Assembly (NCBI GenBank): GCA_007132395.1
Contig: SLOR01000384.1
Coordinates: 1 to 28,961 of the forward strand
Length of the DNA: 28,961 bases
From: Bacteroidales bacterium
GTDB taxonomy: Bacteria; Bacteroidota; Bacteroidia; Bacteroidales; UBA7960
Reading direction: 5' to 3'
Translations under genes and position numbers: made by a program
In this document: positions 25,524 to 28,961 of the stretch, piece by piece
Layout of the letters: each line of letters starts with the position of its first letter
How positions within the stretch are numbered: the stretch's first letter is position 1
Notes under the pieces: generated by a model
Database searches by the model: none
The model's input: the letters and a program-made list of their open reading frames with translations, nothing else
What the model was told of the DNA's origin: nothing

Positions 25524-27887
25524 ATGCAAAACCCATATTTCTCCGAAATACCAGCTAAATATACCATTGTTGTAGTAGAAGACGACAATGCTCTTAATAC
25601 ACTCATTCAGAAAACCCTTCAAAAAAGCAATTATCAAACCCGGGGATTTTATACCGGCAATGAAGCTATTGATTGGCTGAAATCCAACAACAGTAATTCT
25701 TTACTTCTCCTTTTGGATTATCAGCTCTACGAAATGAGCGGAGAGCAGCTGATTAAAATATTACGTAAAGACAATATAGAAATTCCCTTTGTTATTATAA
25801 CCGGCCACGGCGACGAGAAAACTGCCGTGGAAATGATGAAACTCGGCGCACTGGACTATATGATTAAGGATAGTAGCTTCATCGATTTGCTGCCCACGGT
25901 AATGCAACAGGTAATCAACCACCTCGATATTGAGAACAAACTCAGCGAGTCGCAGCGGGCCCTAAAAAAGAGCGAGGAGAAGTACAGGAGCATCTTTGAA
26001 AATATTCAGGATGTGTATTTCGAGCTATCTGTTAAAGGCGATATACTGGAGATATCACCTTCGGTAGAAAACATGCTGTCGCACAAAAAAGACGACATCA
26101 TTAACCAATCGCTTTTTGCCGATAAAAACGAAGAAACGAAGTTTCTGAACCTCTTACAGAACAAGGGAGCTATTTCTGATTATGAAATTTACCTGAGTAA
26201 AGAAAACGGACAAAAAATCCCCACTTCTTTTACCTGTAAATACCTTTACGATCAACAGGGAAACCCCAGGAAAATCATCGGTACCATACGAAATATCTCT
26301 GAGCGCAAACAGGCCGAGGAGGTAATACGCCATAGTGAAGAACGCTACCGTATCCTTGCCGAGAACTCCTCCGATATGATTTCCAAACATAACTGGGACA
26401 GAACCTACCTTTATGTTTCTCCGGCCTGTAGAAAACTTCTGGGATACATGCCCGAGGAACTAACCGGCCGCTCAGCCTATCAGTTTATACATTCCGATGA
26501 TGTGGAGTCCATCAGGAAAAACCATATCCTGCTGCTTGAAAACAGGACCAACTCATTCATAGAAAGTTACCGTATTCGCAAAAAAGATGGTTCCTATATT
26601 TGGTTTGAAACCAACAACCAGGTAATCTATAACCAAAACACCAACCTTGTGCAGGAAATTGTGTGTGTATCGCGCGATATTACCGAAAGAAAGGACAAGG
26701 AAGAGCTTGTAAGAGCCAAGGAAGTGGCAGAAAGAGCTAACAAGGCAAAATCGGAATTCCTGGCCAACATGAGCCACGAAATCCGCAACCCCCTTAACGC
26801 CATAATCGGCATGACCAGCACTTTGAGTAAAACCCCCCTTCATGAAGAGCAAAAGCAATACCTTGAATCTATCAACATATCGTCGCGAAATCTTCTCAAT
26901 ATCCTCAACGATATACTTGATTTTTCAAAAATTGAGGCCAACAAGGTAGATTTGGTGTTTGCCAACTTTAACCTTGAGGAATTACTGGAGCAAACACTCA
27001 ATACTTTCCACCCACAGGCAGAAGCGAAAAATATTGCACTTTCATATAAGATTGACAGCAGCACACCGAAAGATTTATATGGTGATGACAAAAAAATAGT
27101 ACAAATACTGAATAATTTAATCAGTAATGCTGTTAAATTTACCAACGAAGGAGAAGTAACCGTAAACGTTGGTTGCTTGAACCTTAAAAAAGACAGTACC
27201 ATCGTAACATTTGAAGTAAAAGACACAGGGATTGGAGTAAAAAAGGAAGACATTCCCCAGATGTTCGAAACTTTCAGACAACTGGATAGCTCCACACGAA
27301 AGGAATACCAAGGTACCGGGTTGGGGTTAAGTATCGTGAAAAGCCTGGTAACCTTAATGAATGGTAAGGTAAAATTTGAAAGCCAGCTGAATGTGGGTAG
27401 TACCGTATCTTTCCAGTTGCCCCTAATTGTATCGCAAAAGAATATAGATACTTCTGAAATGACATTAACTTCAGAACTCAGAACAACGGATAAAAAAGTG
27501 AATAACCAAGACGTAAATATCCTGGTAGCCGAAGATGATGCTATCAATCAACTTTATCTTGCAGGGTTTCTTAAATCGCAGGGATGGAAAGTGGATACAG
27601 CCCCCAATGGCCTTGTGGCATTGGAGAAGTACCGCAGAAACACCTACAATCTCATACTTATGGATGGGCAAATGCCCAAAATGGACGGGTTTGAAACCAC
27701 CAGAAAAATCAGGGAAATAGAGGAGGATAAAAAAGATGGTTCGCACATTCCCATTATTGCCATTACAGGTTATGCCATCCCCGGAGACCGGGAAAGGTTC
27801 CTGGATGCAGGAATGGACGATTATGTATCCAAACCCATTGATGAGAACAAACTCATTACGATAATACACTCCAAGCTGGATAACTGA
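25524..27887 (+). CDS. Cytoplasmic hybrid histidine kinase REC-PAS-PAS-HisKA-HATPase-REC
   Basis: N-terminal REC (VVEDD, LLDY), two PAS/PAC domains, H-box FLANMSHEIRNPLN, N box NLISNAVKFT, DTGIG, GTGLGL, and C-terminal REC (LVAEDD, LMDGQMP, YVSKP). No TM segment. Alternative TTG start at 25491. Confidence 0.92.
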   Translation: MQNPYFSEIPAKYTIVVVEDDNALNTLIQKTLQKSNYQTRGFYTGNEAIDWLKSNNSNSLLLLLDYQLYEMSGEQLIKILRKDNIEIPFVIITGHGDEKTAVEMMKLGALDYMIKDSSFIDLLPTVMQQVINHLDIENKLSESQRALKKSEEKYRSIFENIQDVYFELSVKGDILEISPSVENMLSHKKDDIINQSLFADKNEETKFLNLLQNKGAISDYEIYLSKENGQKIPTSFTCKYLYDQQGNPRKIIGTIRNISERKQAEEVIRHSEERYRILAENSSDMISKHNWDRTYLYVSPACRKLLGYMPEELTGRSAYQFIHSDDVESIRKNHILLLENRTNSFIESYRIRKKDGSYIWFETNNQVIYNQNTNLVQEIVCVSRDITERKDKEELVRAKEVAERANKAKSEFLANMSHEIRNPLNAIIGMTSTLSKTPLHEEQKQYLESINISSRNLLNILNDILDFSKIEANKVDLVFANFNLEELLEQTLNTFHPQAEAKNIALSYKIDSSTPKDLYGDDKKIVQILNNLISNAVKFTNEGEVTVNVGCLNLKKDSTIVTFEVKDTGIGVKKEDIPQMFETFRQLDSSTRKEYQGTGLGLSIVKSLVTLMNGKVKFESQLNVGSTVSFQLPLIVSQKNIDTSEMTLTSELRTTDKKVNNQDVNILVAEDDAINQLYLAGFLKSQGWKVDTAPNGLVALEKYRRNTYNLILMDGQMPKMDGFETTRKIREIEEDKKDGSHIPIIAITGYAIPGDRERFLDAGMDDYVSKPIDENKLITIIHSKLDN

Positions 27888-27919
27888 AAAACAAGCTGAA
27901 AAAGCAAAATTCTCAGCGT

Positions 27920-28858
27920 TTACAGCCTTTTAAGATAAATTGCTAGCCGGCCTTTTGCATTCTCTACCTTCATCATTATTCGATACTCCCCGGGATCAAG
28001 AATCATCGGGTGATTTTGCCTGCTGGTGCCAACAGAAAATCCCTTATAGTCAATTAGCGTAATAGAAGGAACATCTTGCCCTGATATCATTACATGAAAA
28101 TGGTCGGCAGAAACATTTTTCAAATCAATAATTAAATCTACTTCCCCGGGTTCATCCTCAATCCAGAATTTACACATTTCATATTCTCCCTCCAGCCCAC
28201 TCAAATCCGTTTGACATAATAAATCCGTGCCTCGCCCCATTCCGTGCCCTTGGTTTACCCAGGGGAAAGTCATCAGAGCCAGAAATAAAAGAGACAGTAC
28301 CGAAAGGGGAATCAGCCTGCCACGCCCTTCTGGATTAAAGGAATCCCTGAGAAGAAAGATATTTTTTGCTTCAGGAGTTTTCTTTTTCCAGATTATAAAA
28401 GATACACCCATCAGGGCAGCAACAAAAACAGCAACCCAGTAACCATTGAAACCTGAAGCATTAAGAAACCTGGTAACGTCGTCACTCATAGGAGCCTTAT
28501 CCTTCATGTATAATAGAGGAACAACCACCCAGGCAAACAAAGAACCCCATGCTATCAATGAATAGGTTTTGGTAATTTCTAACAGGGGGTCAATTGTTTT
28601 CCGGAGAACAAGCATAATAAATATCAACCATACAAAGAAAGGTAATCCTCCACCTGCAGCATGAATAACGCTTGATTGCAAGGCCGTGAATTCTCCTGTA
28701 TAGCGAACACGGGCATCCAGCAAATTCATACTAAAATAGCTTACCTCCCCTCCGAATAGCAAAGCCATAATCGCATGGCCTGCTTCGTGCAAGGTAACAT
28801 AGGCCGCAAGAAGCAGCCACAGAACCAAAAATCTGTAGGTTATCCGGGTATACATCAT
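27920..28858 (-). CDS. M50-type (site-2-protease-like) membrane metallopeptidase with C-terminal soluble domain
   Basis: TM-embedded HExxH (VTLHEAGHA), AAGGG, and a candidate third ligand in MSDD. Several TM helices, then a beta-rich C-terminal domain. Two adjacent ATGs (28858 and 28855). Confidence 0.75.
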   Translation of the reverse strand: MMYTRITYRFLVLWLLLAAYVTLHEAGHAIMALLFGGEVSYFSMNLLDARVRYTGEFTALQSSVIHAAGGGLPFFVWLIFIMLVLRKTIDPLLEITKTYSLIAWGSLFAWVVVPLLYMKDKAPMSDDVTRFLNASGFNGYWVAVFVAALMGVSFIIWKKKTPEAKNIFLLRDSFNPEGRGRLIPLSVLSLLFLALMTFPWVNQGHGMGRGTDLLCQTDLSGLEGEYEMCKFWIEDEPGEVDLIIDLKNVSADHFHVMISGQDVPSITLIDYKGFSVGTSRQNHPMILDPGEYRIMMKVENAKGRLAIYLKRL

Positions 28859-28867
28859 TTTTTATTG

Positions 28868-28875
28868 CAAATGTA
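28868..28875 (-). promoter_or_regulatory. '-7' box for the M50 peptidase gene
   Basis: The minus strand reads TACATTTG(CA), ending 9 nt before the first ATG. Confidence 0.45.
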
Positions 28876-28961
28876 TTGATTAAATTTTTTTATTTAGGAA
28901 AAATGTATGCACTTCTATTGCATCGGTTTTCCTTCTAATTAAATAATTGTATACCAAACAA

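Noticed and set aside
26758-26799. H-box HEIRNPLN (Asn where Thr is common) as a defective kinase
   Set aside because: E-x-x-N is an accepted variant of the HisKA E/D-x-x-T/N motif, and all ATP-binding boxes are intact.
27888-27919. Terminator between the hybrid kinase and the M50 gene (gctga...tcagc)
   Set aside because: Only a 5-bp stem with a long loop and a weak U-tract.

Overview
Chromosomal window from a Bacteroidota bacterium, probably Bacteroidales-like. This is inferred from repeated TAnnTTTG '-7' promoter boxes, AT-rich leaders without obvious Shine-Dalgarno sequences, and gene content. The left part (1-11.6 kb) is housekeeping-type: a 5'-truncated TPR protein with an outer-membrane beta-barrel, gyrB, a SNF2 ATPase, a secreted Cys-type glutathione peroxidase, cysQ, and a YkoF-like/NadR-kinase-like/EamA trio. 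The right part (11.9-27.9 kb) is almost entirely signal transduction, in two apparent transcription units. Unit 1 (11923-23440) is cheR, REC-less cheB, an output-less TM-GAF protein, a TM-HAMP-GAF-PAS-PAS-PP2C phosphatase, a SiaB-family kinase, a SiaC-family protein, a 1051-aa TerB-like/FHA-like/ABCG-type fused transporter, a lipoprotein, a small secreted 4-Cys protein and a single-domain REC, followed by a terminator. Unit 2 (23701-27887) is a single-domain REC, a REC-adenylyl cyclase and a REC-PAS-PAS hybrid kinase. An M50-type peptidase converges from the right. The best candidate for an undescribed system is unit 1. It has CheR/CheB but no chemoreceptor, CheA or CheW in the window. The phosphatase carries heptad-spaced QE/EE pairs resembling chemoreceptor methylation sites, and the SiaABC-like switch has an unusual ABC transporter where SiaD would be. 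All family assignments come from motif recognition by eye; no database search was run. No rRNA, tRNA, CRISPR array or mobile element was recognised.
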